Assembly (NCBI RefSeq): GCF_001194135.2 | Contig: NC_068984.1 | Location: 54,428,878 to 54,492,877 of the forward strand | Direction: 5' to 3' | DNA from: Octopus bimaculoides | Taxonomy: Eukaryota | Length of the DNA: 64,000 bases | Part shown: piece by piece, positions 1-13,590 of the stretch | Layout of the letters: every line of letters starts with the position of its first letter | Numbering within the stretch: the stretch's first letter is position 1 | The notes under the pieces: generated by a model | Databases searched by the model: none | What the model was told of the DNA's origin: nothing | Seen by the model: the letters and a program-made list of their open reading frames with translations, nothing else | Translations under genes and position numbers: made by a program

Positions 1-560
1 CTATCAACAAGTGTTGAGTATCGCTTGTCCTAACTGGCTTCAATCAATTGATTTGATTATTTTTCTCAGTTGTACAATAAAGGGAAAAGCTTTCTTTGTT
101 ATCCGCATTTGGCATCACGTATCTAGGTCCTCATTACACGAAAATATATCAACAACCTCATACATGTTGTTTATAAAATGTTGATATATTTCCTGAGTTT
201 GTTGTCTATTTCATCTTTCATACACAACAAAGACTGTCGGTAAAACTATTGGAGGTTATTGATTATTACACTAGAGTCTTTTATACTTATCAGACTGTTG
301 GTTCTTCTAGATAAGACTGAAAACATTGTTTTATCATTAACCTTGTACCGTTCGGTAATTCTTCTATCGTAAATGTTTCTTTTAAAATCTGATTCTTTGC
401 CAAATAGTGGTAACTTGACTGTTTTTAAACCCAAAAGAATCAGCAATTGCTCTTCTTAGTATACATCAGTGTAGTTAAGAAATATAAGCATATTATTTTC
501 AAACTAGAAATATAATCGAATTCTTTGCGTTTCCTGACGACATTAGGATAATCTGTACCA
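1..560 (-). mobile_element. Highly decayed Penelope-like reverse transcriptase remnant
   Basis: Minus-strand frames give YEVVDIF (like YVDDIF) followed by FSLYCTTEKNNQIN*L (like the PLE IKFTxExEKNNxLxFLD thumb motif). Many stops; weak motif-level match only. Confidence 0.35.
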
Positions 561-1372
561 AAATCTTATGATGAACTTCATGGTTGCTCAAGTCAACAAA
601 ATTTCAGAAAGAAATTTCAAAGATATTAACATGTTGCAATACAATCCTAAATAGTAATTACAGATTATTAGGCAGAATGCCAATTCAGATGTTCAGTAAC
701 CAACTAACGAAAAAGAGCTTCTATTACGGCAGCTCTCATCTGTCTTGTCACACAAGGCAAAACAGAAAAAAAAAAAAACGATAATGTTTTGTAATAGTTA
801 TTTGAACAAGATGATAACACGTCAGTAATAAGATGATATCACGTCAGTAACAAGCTGATATCACCTTAAAGGACAAAGGACAAAATTCAACATAGATTTT
901 CGCTCACCGCTTGCCCTAACCACTGGGCCATTGCACCTCCACTAACCAAATTGGTACAGTATTTTTAAATCGTATTAGTGAGGATAAGTTCGCTTTTATC
1001 ATTAAGTATCGCATTTGTCGTTCATCTCAAATCACACGTTTATACATTATTATAAAAAGTTTATTCTTTTTCGAATCCTAAAGACGCTGTTATTTTTCTA
1101 ATTTTTTTCAGTGTCAAACGGATGAGAGATAACTATACCCTTGAATAGGATGATGGTGTGCTGTAAGGGGATATATTTTTTCTCTCCCCGAGTTGTTGGC
1201 AACGGCAAGCTAAAAATCCGTCCCCATTGAGAAAACCTATGACCAAAAGCATTTCAGATGTGACCATCTCGTCTTTTTTGCATATCTAATACTACATTAT
1301 CTAATGTATTTCTCTACTTTCCGGATCTAGGGGAAGGTAAAGAGCCGTTAATTTTCATAGACCATAGTCACT

Positions 1373-2460
1373 ACCTTTTCTGCTTGAACTGTTGCAAGTT
1401 GACACCCGCAGGGAAGACATAGGCAAGGAAGGATTCCAAAGAGACGATGTTCTGAGGTAAAATGAAGAGACAGTGTGGTTAGTGCAGGGCTTGTGAGGTT
1501 GGACACAATACGGGTGATAGAAAACGAATGAGTCGGGAGTACCTAAATGGAGATGAAATGAAACTATCTCTAAGGTGCAGAAGCCATTACAGTACCGGAA
1601 GGAAAGGCAGAGTCAGGAGAGAGAGCGTCTGTAAGCCAGGGGCTGAGGCGTGTGTGTGAGTGACTTTACCTATCAGTCGAGTGACCTTTCTTTGGAAGCA
1701 GTCTTAAGATACCTGTATGTGTAGCAGTACCACCGACACAAATGTCCTCCACTGTTGGTCTCGCCCGAGCTTCGTAAAGTTTCAATAATTTCTGCCCTTG
1801 AAGAGAAAAGTCAGAGCGATAGGAAGTAGTCGGAACGATGTTGAGCGTGTGCTTTCGCCTCGAGAGACAGTGACAGCTAACATTAGAAAGCGATTGTGAA
1901 GGCTCGAGGTGCGTGCTGTTAATGTTTCGAGAATGTGTGGCGCCATGATATCTAATTGATATAAAAAGCATCTAATGTTTCTTGGCTGTTGAAAGAAATA
2001 AAATTAGCATGTTTCCTTCAACGGATACTTCCAAGGTTCCTGTTTATATTATCAGTGCAGGCTTGGCACGTGACATCTTGATTGCGCATGGATGGTGTAT
2101 GGCTAGAGTAGATTAGAAGAGAATGAAGAGTGATATCATCAGTTGAGGATGAACTTTGTTGAACACGACAGTAGAAAAGTTGTTGATGAGCAGCAAGAAA
2201 CGAATAGGAGAAATCTGAAGCCTGGAACACATCACATTGATAGAGTAAGAGACAGAAAATGTCTGTTAAACACCACGAAAGCGCGATTTGCGAATTCAAT
2301 AAAAGCCTCCGTTCTAAGAGAGGAAAGACGACTGAAAGCTATATGGAATAGGATATTGGCACGTCGAATATGGCTTTGCTGATATTGAGGATAACAACAT
2401 AGATTTCGCCGAATTTCTCTAAGGTGTAACAGCAGCACTGTCACACTGATGAATGACATA
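1373..2460 (-). mobile_element. Degenerate LINE (CR1/L2-group) RT domain and C-terminus
   Basis: Motifs in the expected order on the minus strand: ILNISKAIFD (like ALDISKAFD), STDDITLH (like YADDxTLH), KLYEARARPTVE (like LYKAxIRPxLEY), then the C-terminal region; frameshifted and with stops. Confidence 0.7.
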
Positions 2461-4511
2461 ACAGGTTAAACGATAACCGGTTATAACTCCCGTAAAAATC
2501 CAGAGGATCAGGTTTTTACGGGAGCTGTACCGATGATTGTTAAGAGAGAGAGAGAGAGAGAGAGATACTATTGTAGTTGGTTGGATCTAATGGGTTACCT
2601 TTCTTGAGAATGGGGCACATAGTTGTGTTTTTTAAAGATCAAGGTATATCTTTGTAGAGCGGAGAGGTCGAAAAGCTTGAAGCGTAAAAGGTCTAACTCT
2701 GAATGCCATGCTGGAGAAAGACTGAACAAATATTGTTAGGGCTAGTGACCTTGTTGATTATTAAAGATAATAGAGTACACTTGGTGCACTTTACTGTGCA
2801 GTCTGTCCCTAATCCTAATCCCAAACCCAACCCTAAATCCTAGCCCAAACTTTAAACCCAATTCTAAACCAGATGAGGTCATTTCACAGTGTTGACTACA
2901 GATACGCTAAAGTAGCAATGCGCAGTCTAAGAGATTTGATCGTGCTACCGAATAGAAAATTTGGTTGTTGTTGGCAGTTGTGAAAATAATACCAGCTGTC
3001 ATATAAATAATACTTGGCTGTCATATAAACTTTATTAACCGACAGATGATGAAAATGAAATCTGAATAAGCAACAAATCTAATGATTAAAACCCACAATG
3101 ACAAGCTCGTTTCTATAAAAGCATATGAACATTAAAAAAAATATGGTGAATACATGTACGAGAGGTAAGTCCAGGAAACCTACTTCCATTTCATTTCCAA
3201 TATTCTTTACAAGAACACTTTTCTTTCTACAGAAGCGCTCTATCGTCTTTAATAACTGACAAGGTCACTGACCCTGAAAATATTCCTGCAATTTTTCTCT
3301 AATTCCCTAAGCATGTATTTATGACAATGTGTCTTTGTAATATTTTAGGTTTTACATTGATTACTTTTAGATAAGATGGTTGTATATCACGCGATTGACT
3401 TTTGAATACATTTCAAAAATCGTTCTTGCGTCGTTGTTTCTTTCTTTCAATAATACCCAAAATAATGTGTTTGTAAACGTGTTATGGCGTGTTTGCACAA
3501 AAATAGCTGGCTAAAATACAGGTAGTCATTTGATAGATTTTATGATGAGGGAGATTTAATTGCTAACTTCTAGCTTGTCGAGCGACTGCATAGAAGATCA
3601 ATCGTTAATACACCATAGTACATGTTAACTATATACATGCTTTCAGAATTTTACAAGTGCTTTATTTTTTTTCCACTCTGGATAAACCCCAAATAGAGCT
3701 TAACAGAACTTAGGTCAAGCATTGGCAATTTTTCCGAGAAACGGGCCGTATGAGATATGGTCATCATCACGCAGGTCGCACTATTTAAATAATTCAGAAC
3801 TTTTCGTAAGACAAGCTGCACGCGGCCAGCGGTTTGCCCAATATTGAACTAGGAGATATTGTAAAATGTCACCAGAGAAAAAGGTTGCTAAAAGAAGTAT
3901 AAAAAGACTTTAACTGCGGAAATCCAAACGAGCCCCCACCCCTTCAAATAAAAATACTTCCGCTTAAATGAATGATAAATTTAAACATTTTACTGGTTAT
4001 AGGAAACTTCGTCTTTTGCTGTGACCAGTTCATGATCCGCTTCATGACAAATCTCTTATATATGTGGGATGGCGCTACAGGCATACACCCAAATCCCCAT
4101 CCAGATCGTATCTAAAAGGTCTTTAATCTAACTGTAAAGACACGTTCACAAATAGACAGCAGATGCTATTTCTCTTCCTAGTCGCTTCAACCGTAACTAT
4201 AAGAGCTTCTGCTCCTCTGATCTGATGGTATGCAAGCTGTGTATCGTCTCCCACCTGGTGAGTCTAATTGTCTATCATCTTTTGCCATTTCTTCAAGATT
4301 CTCCACCACAGATCCTGCACTAAACACTTACTTCCCCGAATCCTCAGTGCTACAACCCAATGAAAATCTCTTCCAGCCTCGTTTTTTAAAATTTTATTTT
4401 ACTCAAAATGAACTTCAAACGCATCAGTCTGAAATGTGAGCGTTGCTCTTTCTCATTCAAAAATAATAAAAAAAGGTGGCGATCTTACGTTACGTGTCCT
4501 TTTTGATCGCC

Positions 4512-4666
4512 GTAAGTAACAAAAAAGCCAGAGACATTAAAGCTTTGAAATTCATTAACTTAGAATAAATTACTAGTTCTGATTAATAAACTGTAGTTTA
4601 CTTATCCATTTAAGAGTGCATGTTCGTTAAATGATTTAGTTTTATCCATTTATTTAATTTCCACAG
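4512..4666 (+). other. Predicted 5' UTR intron of the PHPT1-like gene
   Basis: Donor GCC|GTAAGT at 4512 and acceptor TTTAATTTCCACAG| ending at 4666, downstream of a CpG-containing patch at about 4430-4520 and upstream of the ATG at 4918. Confidence 0.45.
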
Positions 4667-4917
4667 CTAAAATACGGAGTAACCCGCCTAAAGCCATGTT
4701 GCTTTCAGCTGTCTGACCTTGTACGAAGAATTCTTCGAGACGAAGTTATATTTCTAGCAAAGAGCAACAACAAGTGTAAGCAATAAACACTTTCCTATGT
4801 AGTTACAGCTACTAGCTGCTGCATCACAACCACTATTACTAGATTCAAACAAACGTCAGTAGCCCAGATTCTCTGTTCGTGACAAGTTCGTGGTAATCCG
4901 ACGTAAGCTTTTCACAC

Positions 4918-5295
4918 ATGCCTGCCAAAACGATTCCACCTAACCCTAAACTAAATGGGGTACCTATAGTGGACATCGGAGAACAAGGATTCAGCAGGTA
5001 TGTCCTATGCAAAGTATACGATGGAAATAATCCTAAAGACTTCCAGTACATCGTTCGCGGTTCTACAATCGCTAAATTCCATGCAGACATTTTCGACTTG
5101 GTGGATGCTGAACTTGAAATCCATGGGCTAAACTGTATATGTGTGGGTGGTGGCAAAATGGAGCACTTACCCGAGGCTGGAACGATTCATGTGTACGGTC
5201 GATCTCAAGGATATGGCCGAGCTGACCACTCAATCACGACAGAGCTTGTGCGAGAATCATATCCTCATTACAACAGTATCACTTGGGATGACTGA
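4918..5295 (+). CDS. PHPT1: 14 kDa phosphohistidine phosphatase / Janus-Ocnus family protein, 125 aa, intronless CDS
   Basis: Family motifs VDI..G..RYVL, IVRG, FHADIF (catalytic His), CVGGGK, IHVYGRSQGYG, ADH and YPHY align along the whole length with human PHPT1. AATAAA at 5410 and ATTAAA at 5375 lie downstream. Confidence 0.95.
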   Translation: MPAKTIPPNPKLNGVPIVDIGEQGFSRYVLCKVYDGNNPKDFQYIVRGSTIAKFHADIFDLVDAELEIHGLNCICVGGGKMEHLPEAGTIHVYGRSQGYGRADHSITTELVRESYPHYNSITWDD

Positions 5296-7513
5296 CTGAT
5301 GTTTCAGATATTTTTATCTTCGTTTTTGGAAGATACAAGAATCTCTATGATTCCGAACTAAGTACAGAAAGTAAATTAAAAAAAAAAAGGTAAAACAATT
5401 CTAAAATGGAATAAAAAAAAAAAGAAAAATGTTAAAATTGTTGAAGATAAAACAACTCGAAGTTGGAAAAATATTTTCGAGAAATATACACATCTATTTT
5501 GAGAAATTTACTTTTCTAAACGAACAATGACAATAAGTGATTAATACGTTGTATCCAAAAGCAAACAAAATTTTATTCTAAAATTGCTAAAAAAAAAAGA
5601 AGATAATGTTGAACAATGTAGAGCTAAAAGTAAACAAAACAAATCAAAAAGAAACAAAACTGAAAAGTCGCTAATTATCTTATGACGTTAGATTGGATAA
5701 AACCGTACTTTAGGCAATTAACAAAATTATGAGGTAAGTTCTTTAACTTGCAATTTCAAAAACTTATAAAACTTTTTCGATTAGCAATGGAAATTAAGAA
5801 GAACTAAAGATGATTTTAAAACAACAACGTAAGGTAAGGATAATGTGAACTTTGAGGAAGACATTTTAGCTTTGCATTTATTTGTTACATTTTTTTTATT
5901 AAAAAAGAATATTCTGAATTAATAACTGATTTGAAATTTACAGAGACTATTATTGCAAGTCTTTGTTTCAAGATTTTCAATAACGTAGTTCCTACACGCA
6001 TGAACAACAAACACTCGCATGAATATATACCACACGCACTGACAGTACAAAGTATCCCAAAACATACTATTTTGTTTTCACATTTACTTATCCTCTGTTT
6101 TACTGGATACACCTGAAATTTGAACCACATCAAGAGTAGAATGCAACAGTTCTTTTTTTCTTGTTTACTTTTCAAAAATCTGTGTTTGTGTGCAAACGCG
6201 TGTGTAATTGAGAGCATCCATGTGTATGCATTAGTTGAAGTGTGCTCGCAACCTGGCGGCAAACTGCGTATTATTTTTGTTTCTTCTCAGTACGGAATTA
6301 TTTTCATGACGTAGTTCTTCATTCTGCAGGAATCTTGTGTCTTAAAAAGTACTTGCTTGAGAGATAGTACTTACGAGATTTAAGATTATTTCTTTAGCTT
6401 AAAAATTTTCGGCAAAATTCATTTACTTTTCTAGCAGAACAGATTATGTGGTACCTTTAGATATAGCTTTATCATTCCTAATTAAACTGGTTGCCATAAT
6501 AATTAACTGTTACATTTGCTCAAATAAGGAATCTTATACCTGATTTTTCCGTCTATTCGCAAATAAAACTTCACACATTAAAAAAAAAACCAATAATAAT
6601 AATGAGCTTATAGTACGCAGCGCTCAAGTGCGGCATGTGTTTATCTTCCTTTCAATATGCATAATAAATGTTAAAAAAGATATTACTTGCGAAGATATGA
6701 CTTCAGAGTACTATAAAAATAACTGAGTTCCTGATTGACGTAGTTGCTGCCAGACACCTGATTTTAATATACAAACCATAAAGTAGAGGTAGTCTTAAAC
6801 GTTTCAACGTGTTTTGGGTAAAACAAGTCTAAGGGAGGCAATTATGAAATGTTTTTCTTTTATTTACCTGATTTTATTCATCATAAAAGTTATAAATATT
6901 TGACATTAATTAAAAATTTAAGGAAAAGTAAAAACATAATTATATGACTAATTTAAAATAATGACTTGAATTTGATTAGTATTGCTATAGAAAAATTAAC
7001 ACCTCAAATCCAGTAGCTGAATATATTGTAAGTGAACGGAAGTTTATTTATGTAAACATTTCTATTAACATTAGATTAGACACTTGCCTATTTGTGGGCA
7101 TATACGTTCTAGCAGCATTACCTGGCCTTTTCGGTTTATCAATGTCTTGAAAAGACGCAGTCACCTGAATTTATTATATTTGTGATAAATTGTTGTCAAA
7201 AGAAGCAGAAATTTTCATTTTGTCCGGTGAAATTGCTTCACTCAGAATTGTTGCATCCAGACTATCCAGGGGAATATTTACAAGAAGGCGCAATAAATGA
7301 ATAAACAATATACAACCTAAAATATATTTTTTACTCTACTTTAATTTGTGGGATAGTATGTTCTATTTAAAATACTACATAAATTTGCATAATTAGTTTC
7401 AATTATGTTTTGTAAGCGTAATTTTCCCTATGTCTTTTGTAGCAGTGAGGGAAGATACCAGATTCTTAGTTATATATATAATCAAAAAGTATCAGAAAAT
7501 GTCACGTAGCCTA

Positions 7514-7870
7514 TTGTTTCAGTCAGTAGACCTGGACCATGCTGGAGCACTACCTTGAAGGTTTTTTTTTATCAAAAAAATTGAACCCAGGAATTATCTC
7601 TTTCTTAAATTTGGTTTTTATTCTATCACTCCCTTTTGCTGAACCGCCAAATTAGCACCTGTCGTGTGTGTGGGGGTGTCAACCACAACAGCTGTTGTGG
7701 TTGACACCCCCCCCCCCCCGACAGGCTTCTTTCAGTTTCTGCCAGTCAAATCCACTCATAAGGCTTTGGTTGACCTGAGGCTATCATAGAAGACATTTGC
7801 TCAAGGTACCACTAAGTGGGACTGAACTTGAAACTATGACATCAGAAAGCAAAATTCTTACCATACAGTT
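7514..7870 (-). mobile_element. tRNA-derived SINE family A, decayed copy
   Basis: Matches the reverse complement of the copy at 25665-26066, with heavy CpG decay. Confidence 0.75.
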
Positions 7871-8727
7871 GTGATGCTAACAGCAAATAACTTTACTAAT
7901 CTTTCAAACTTTATATTCATTAGTCTTTCCTGACTCAGACCATCAGTATTTTTTTAGATTTCAGATTTCTTTACTATTTAAATATGGTAATGACTAGGTT
8001 ATATATCGCTGAATATAAAATATTTTATACAGAACCTGTGGTTAATGGTTTTGTAGCTTAGTAAACTTATTGTTAAAGTGTTAATAGCTAAGGAAAGCAA
8101 TTGTTAAAATTTACCACAGGGTACTCATGGTTGTAATTTATATATATATAAACTTTAAGATGTTAGTGATCAGATTGACATTCTTAATTACATACTTACC
8201 AGTACACACACAAACACATCAGTCACAAAGGAAATAGATGATATGATTGGTTCTGATTATTGGGATCAACTTGAGAAGCTCAGAGTTTTATTCCCTCTAA
8301 TGTTAGTGTTAGCGCTTTATCATTTATATGATATGAAAAATTTTCTAACAGCTGCCCAAATGATGCTGGCATCAAATTTAAAATTCACCCAAGTTTTTGT
8401 CCCTGTGTCCAACTCATGCTTGCATTGCATCACAACACTAAGACAGAACTAATTCCCCTCATTTGGCACTGTTCTCTTTAACACCATATCAAGACACAAG
8501 GGAAGATACAGATCTCATAACATTCAAATGATTTCTGGATGAATATCTCCAACAAATTCCAGATATACAACCTACAGCTGGATATATCTCTGCAAACAAT
8601 TACTCTTTACTTGAATAGGCTTTGGTAGCCAAAGAATGACTGTAATATGAAACCTCATTAAATATCTTTTCCGGGTGGTGCTATCAAGTTTGTCATGTCA
8701 TGGCCTGGGCCAATTCTAGCCAAAACT

Positions 8728-8782
<55 letters not shown>

Positions 8783-9937
8783 ATGCATGCATGCACTCAG
8801 ACTCATTGATTTAGTGAACAAGAATATAAGTAGAATATTTCTTTCTTAATCTTGTGGTTTTATGCCAAACTTTATATTGTTCAGTATAATATTGGACTGT
8901 ACACCAAGCTCTGCCATCTATTATGCAAAATTTAGTTGACATTCTTTGTGCCTGAATTACTTAGAATCTCTCTTATGCAAATGTGTGCACACCTTCACGA
9001 AGTCCTGATTTCTTTCTAATTGAACAGCACTTGTGAGAAAACTGAGATCGCTGTAGCTGAGGAGAAAACTAAGTCACATAATTCAACCATTCACTGCATT
9101 AGCCCAGTCTGTAACAGTTTCTAGCAGAGTTTATGAAGGTGATGGAATTTTATTAAGTTATATGTGAAATATCCCTTGAGTGTAAACATGCAGTTTCCCT
9201 TCTGATAGGAATCCTGTTAAAACTGTGTACATTGACTTCCTTCACATTTCATTACAATGAATGGTAACAAAAGAATCAAGAAACCCACTGATGGCTGATC
9301 AAGTGATTACTTCAGCAATCAATTAATAAATTGGTTAATTCGGTTATTAGTTGGCTAATAATAATGAAAAGAAGTGAAATAGAACCAGTATCAGTGTTCA
9401 TATTGGCAAATTGACCCACATGCGATACAACAGAAATAAACATTATTGCTAAGTAAGGTAGATAAATAAAATGGCATATTTTGTAATGAGACAAGATAAT
9501 ATGGTTTACAGTGATTAGTATTGGTTCACTACATTCTGAGTTAAAATATCACAGCTGTTACATATATATATATAAATATTACTTCTACCTGTTCAAATCC
9601 CACCAATGCCAACTTCTGAGGTTGATTAAATAAAGTACCAATGAAATACTGGATCCATTTGTATTTCTCTACTTCATTACGAATGGAATAAAACATAGGG
9701 ATTCACTCCATGAAATACACCTCTTGCTTTCATCAAAAGATATTATATTAGAGCTGTTGTTAAGATTTTTTAAAAGAGATTTTATGCATTATACAATGTG
9801 TCCTTCACCTTTCAAGGCTGTAGATTATGATTTGTGGGAGATTTCACTGCTATTTTTAGCAGATAAAGCGACACATTAGGGCTAGGATATATAACTATAT
9901 CTATATATAAATGTGTATGTATCTTGATATTATTTAA

Positions 9938-10088
9938 AATGTGTGTGTGTGTGTACATATATATATGTGTATTGTATATATATGTATCTATATATATGTA
10001 TCTATATGTATGTCTGTCTGTATGTATCTATGTGTATGTATGTGTGCACATATATATCTATGATTATGTATGTATATGTGTCTATATA

Positions 10089-10127
<39 letters not shown>

Positions 10128-10210
10128 ATATATATATGTGTGTGTTTGTGTGTGTGTACATATATATATATATATATATATCTGTACATATATATATATA
10201 TGTACAGATA
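9938..10210. repeat. Compound (TA)n/(TG)n microsatellite
   Basis: Direct inspection; it produces the spurious YI/VC-rich ORFs in the track. Confidence 0.95.
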
Positions 10211-10417
10211 CTTGTGTTATATACAAGAGGGTGCCTCTGTGCAGCCCCTTGAATTGCTACAAGTAGCATCCAAATCTCCATTAAGTTACACATCATAGTG
10301 CTTTTTAAAAGTGAAGGGTGCATTGGATAAGATGCTCAGTGTTACTGCCAAGTAACACAGTCTTTATGATACAGGATGTGCATGTGTGGTGTGAGTGCAT
10401 GTGTGTCTATGTGTGTG

Positions 10418-10466
<49 letters not shown>

Positions 10467-12436
10467 TAGCTGGTGTACCCCGTAATTCCTGGGAATAAAG
10501 ATGCTCTATTGAAATACCTTATTACTCTGATATAAGAAAGCAATTTCATTATAACTGACACAAAAGGTGCATTTTCTGTCATGAAAAAGTAGAAAAACTG
10601 TCAGTTGGAGGATTGCTGGAGGTTGGCGAGAGAGGTTTTTGGAGGTTGGTGAGAAAGGTTGTTGGATGTGGTCAAGAGAGGTCATCGGAGGTTGTCGAGA
10701 GAGGTTGCAGAAGTATCCCTCACTCAGGTTTGATGGACAGCTGCAGACAATATGTTCCTGAGTCATCCTCCCCTGTCACAAAGAGTAAGCTGGTAACTCC
10801 AATTCCCTCCAACAAAACAATTTGGATGGCTTTAGTAGATGTCATAGACAGGATTAAGAATCTTATTTGATTGTATTGAGCTTTTCAAAGCTGAAACTAT
10901 TAGACTGAGCACTCCACCGTTTACTCCCATCTTGTTCAGGTTCCTTTCTGTCACATTCCAACCATCCTACAAGGTTATGCCTCCTCAACTGTCATTTGCA
11001 TCTCATTGTGGATCAGTAGCCTCCAGACATATTGAGGAGTCGCACTGCTACCTTGGTCAATCCTTTCCTGAGTACATGCAGTTACCTACACTCTGTCTTA
11101 GCCACAACTCGTGCCATACATCCATAGCTTCTGCTGTCTTTCATTCTATCTTGTTCTGATTACAATTCTGGCTTGAGAAAATTTTGGGTTGTAAATCTTT
11201 TGGTATTGTTGCATCCCACTACAATGAGTCATCACAAATTTTTCTGTCAGGCTGCTGATGGGGAACTTCTACTTGTTTTGCCTACATGGGGTGATGTTGA
11301 TCAAGCTTTGTAGTTGTCCCAGTCATTTTCATAGAAGCATGCTGATCTTCAGTTCAAAGCCCTTGGTTATGGCTATCAGGATCCCATAGATCAATAGGAG
11401 TCAAAAAATATGTGGCATGATAGCATACAGGCCTTGAACTTTCCAGATAGGCTTGTCTTGTCCACTGTAGATAGCAACAACTTTCGCCTCTTGGTTTGTT
11501 GTATCTGCAGTCAAACACCTATACATATATATACATATACATACACAAGCATACATACATGTGTATGTATGTGTGAGAGAGACGGAGAGAAGAAGGAGAG
11601 ATTCAAGGTTGAGGCATTAAAATAGATAAATAGCAACTTTGAGATAATTCAACCAATTGTAAAATCCTGCACAAACACTAATTCATTTGTAACCTAATCA
11701 AAAGAAAACACATTTGTATATATACAAGATACTCATATGAAAGAGTGTAGGAACTATGACTTCTAGAGTCTCTCCCAAAGACAAATGACACTTTGATGAC
11801 TTGTTTGATGATGGTGTCACCAATGCAGTTGGTGTTTAGTCTCAACATTTCTGCATTGATGTCTATTGTAAAAAATGTGGTCCAGGAATGAATCATTGAA
11901 GATTATAGTTCTGGCTGTTGTCATATTTACTGAAAAGTTTTGGAGGTGAGGGTGCTGGGATGAGAGATGGTGTGGAACAATAGGTACAGGTGGAAGAGTT
12001 ACACAGCTATCACCTAGTTCAGAATAGCTATTGTTGCAGCCATAAGGGAATAGGCTTACATCAAGCTTATCACAGATGATCATGTTTTTTGGAAAACCTA
12101 TTCCTGCCGATCTAGCAACTATTTTGTTATGTGTTAAGATCAGAAATGTTAGCTGGCATTTTAGATTTATTATTCATGTTATAACACTGAGTTTCTTCTC
12201 TTAAATGTAACATTTTATGTGTTACTCTGATATTAGTAGGAATGCTATTATGTGGCTGTATGTGGATCTACAATGTGTGTGTGTGTGTATCAGTTTACAT
12301 AAATACACTCTTCTGTGCACTTGTGATATAAAAATANNNNNNNNNNNNNNNNNNNNNNNNNNNNNNNNNNNNNNNNNNNNNNNNNNNNNNNNNNNNNNNN
12401 NNNNNNNNNNNNNNNNNNNNNNNNNNNNNNNNNNNN

Positions 12437-12467
<31 letters not shown>

Positions 12468-13496
12468 GGTGTATAAAAAAAAAAAACCAACGTAAGCTTG
12501 ACATAAACTGTAGTTTTGTTTAGCCATTAACTGTGTAACTTTAAATACGTGTGAATATTTCGTGTTATTTTCTTTATACACAGAAAAATAAAGGAAGACA
12601 TTGTCCTGATATGTTCCATCGTTCATTGACCAGACATTATATGTCAAGTATCACTTCTTTTCTCTGTCCTTGAGGAAAACTTATTGTAGTAAATAACTAT
12701 TTAAATTAAATATAAGCTGAAAATTAGGTGTAATGGGTTAGGCTAATTTGCATACTGTGTGTGCTTCTTGGTGGTGTGATTAAATAATTAATAAATATTT
12801 ATGTACAATACTGTATGCACAAATCAGTGCTAAGAAATATAACATTATTCATATAATTTGTCGTTGCTTATGATTAGAATTGACCAGTTTATATAAAAAT
12901 TCCAGTGTTTATGAAACAATTACAAAATTCATTTTTTTCACCCATCTTTAAATTATGGAGATATTCTTAATTGATATAATATAAATTTTAGTCTTTTTTC
13001 CTATATTTGAATGTTTTCTATTATTATCTCTCAAGCATTTACATTCTAAATTATTCTTTAAGCTCTTATAGACAAATACAGAAGTAGTTTATGGACTAAA
13101 TATATTACTTTTCAAAAAAACAATAATTCAATATATACTTTACTTTTGCGCTGCCTTTTTTAACATTAAATGTTTGTAAAAAATTACTATGTAATACCAA
13201 ATGTTTTTCACACTTCTTTGTCTCCCCTTGTTTGTCTATCCATCTGTTTCTAACGCTCTCACTCACACTCTGTCTCTCTATATAGATATGTGCGTGCACA
13301 CACACTCACACATACAGACACACACACCACCACCAACAACAACAACAACAACAGCAACCTTCCTTTCTTAATATCAGATATTTACTTCTGATAAGTAAAT
13401 TGCTTATTCAATTTTCTGAATAATGTTAGATTTTTGTATTTTCAGATTTATACTGACATGAAACCAGCCAGATAAACATCTGGCACATTTATATGA

Positions 13497-13539
<43 letters not shown>

Positions 13540-13549
13540 NNNNNNNNNN

Positions 13550-13590
<41 letters not shown>

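Noticed and set aside
2444-2470. CTGATGA hammerhead core words here and at about 18725, 53965 and 55274
   Set aside because: None is followed by a stem II plus GAAA with closing stems.
4938-4956. Telomere-like CTAACCCTAAACTAA in the PHPT1 N-terminus
   Set aside because: It is too short and simply encodes PNPKL; likely chance.
9924-10323. Several 60-124 aa ORFs rich in Y, I, V, C, H and T (also near 12.3, 13.5, 23.4 and 51.6 kb)
   Set aside because: They are translations of (TA)n/(TG)n microsatellites, which lack stops in some frames.
10780-11500. Possible old LINE RT relic on the minus strand
   Set aside because: Only faint motif resemblance, too decayed to support a call.
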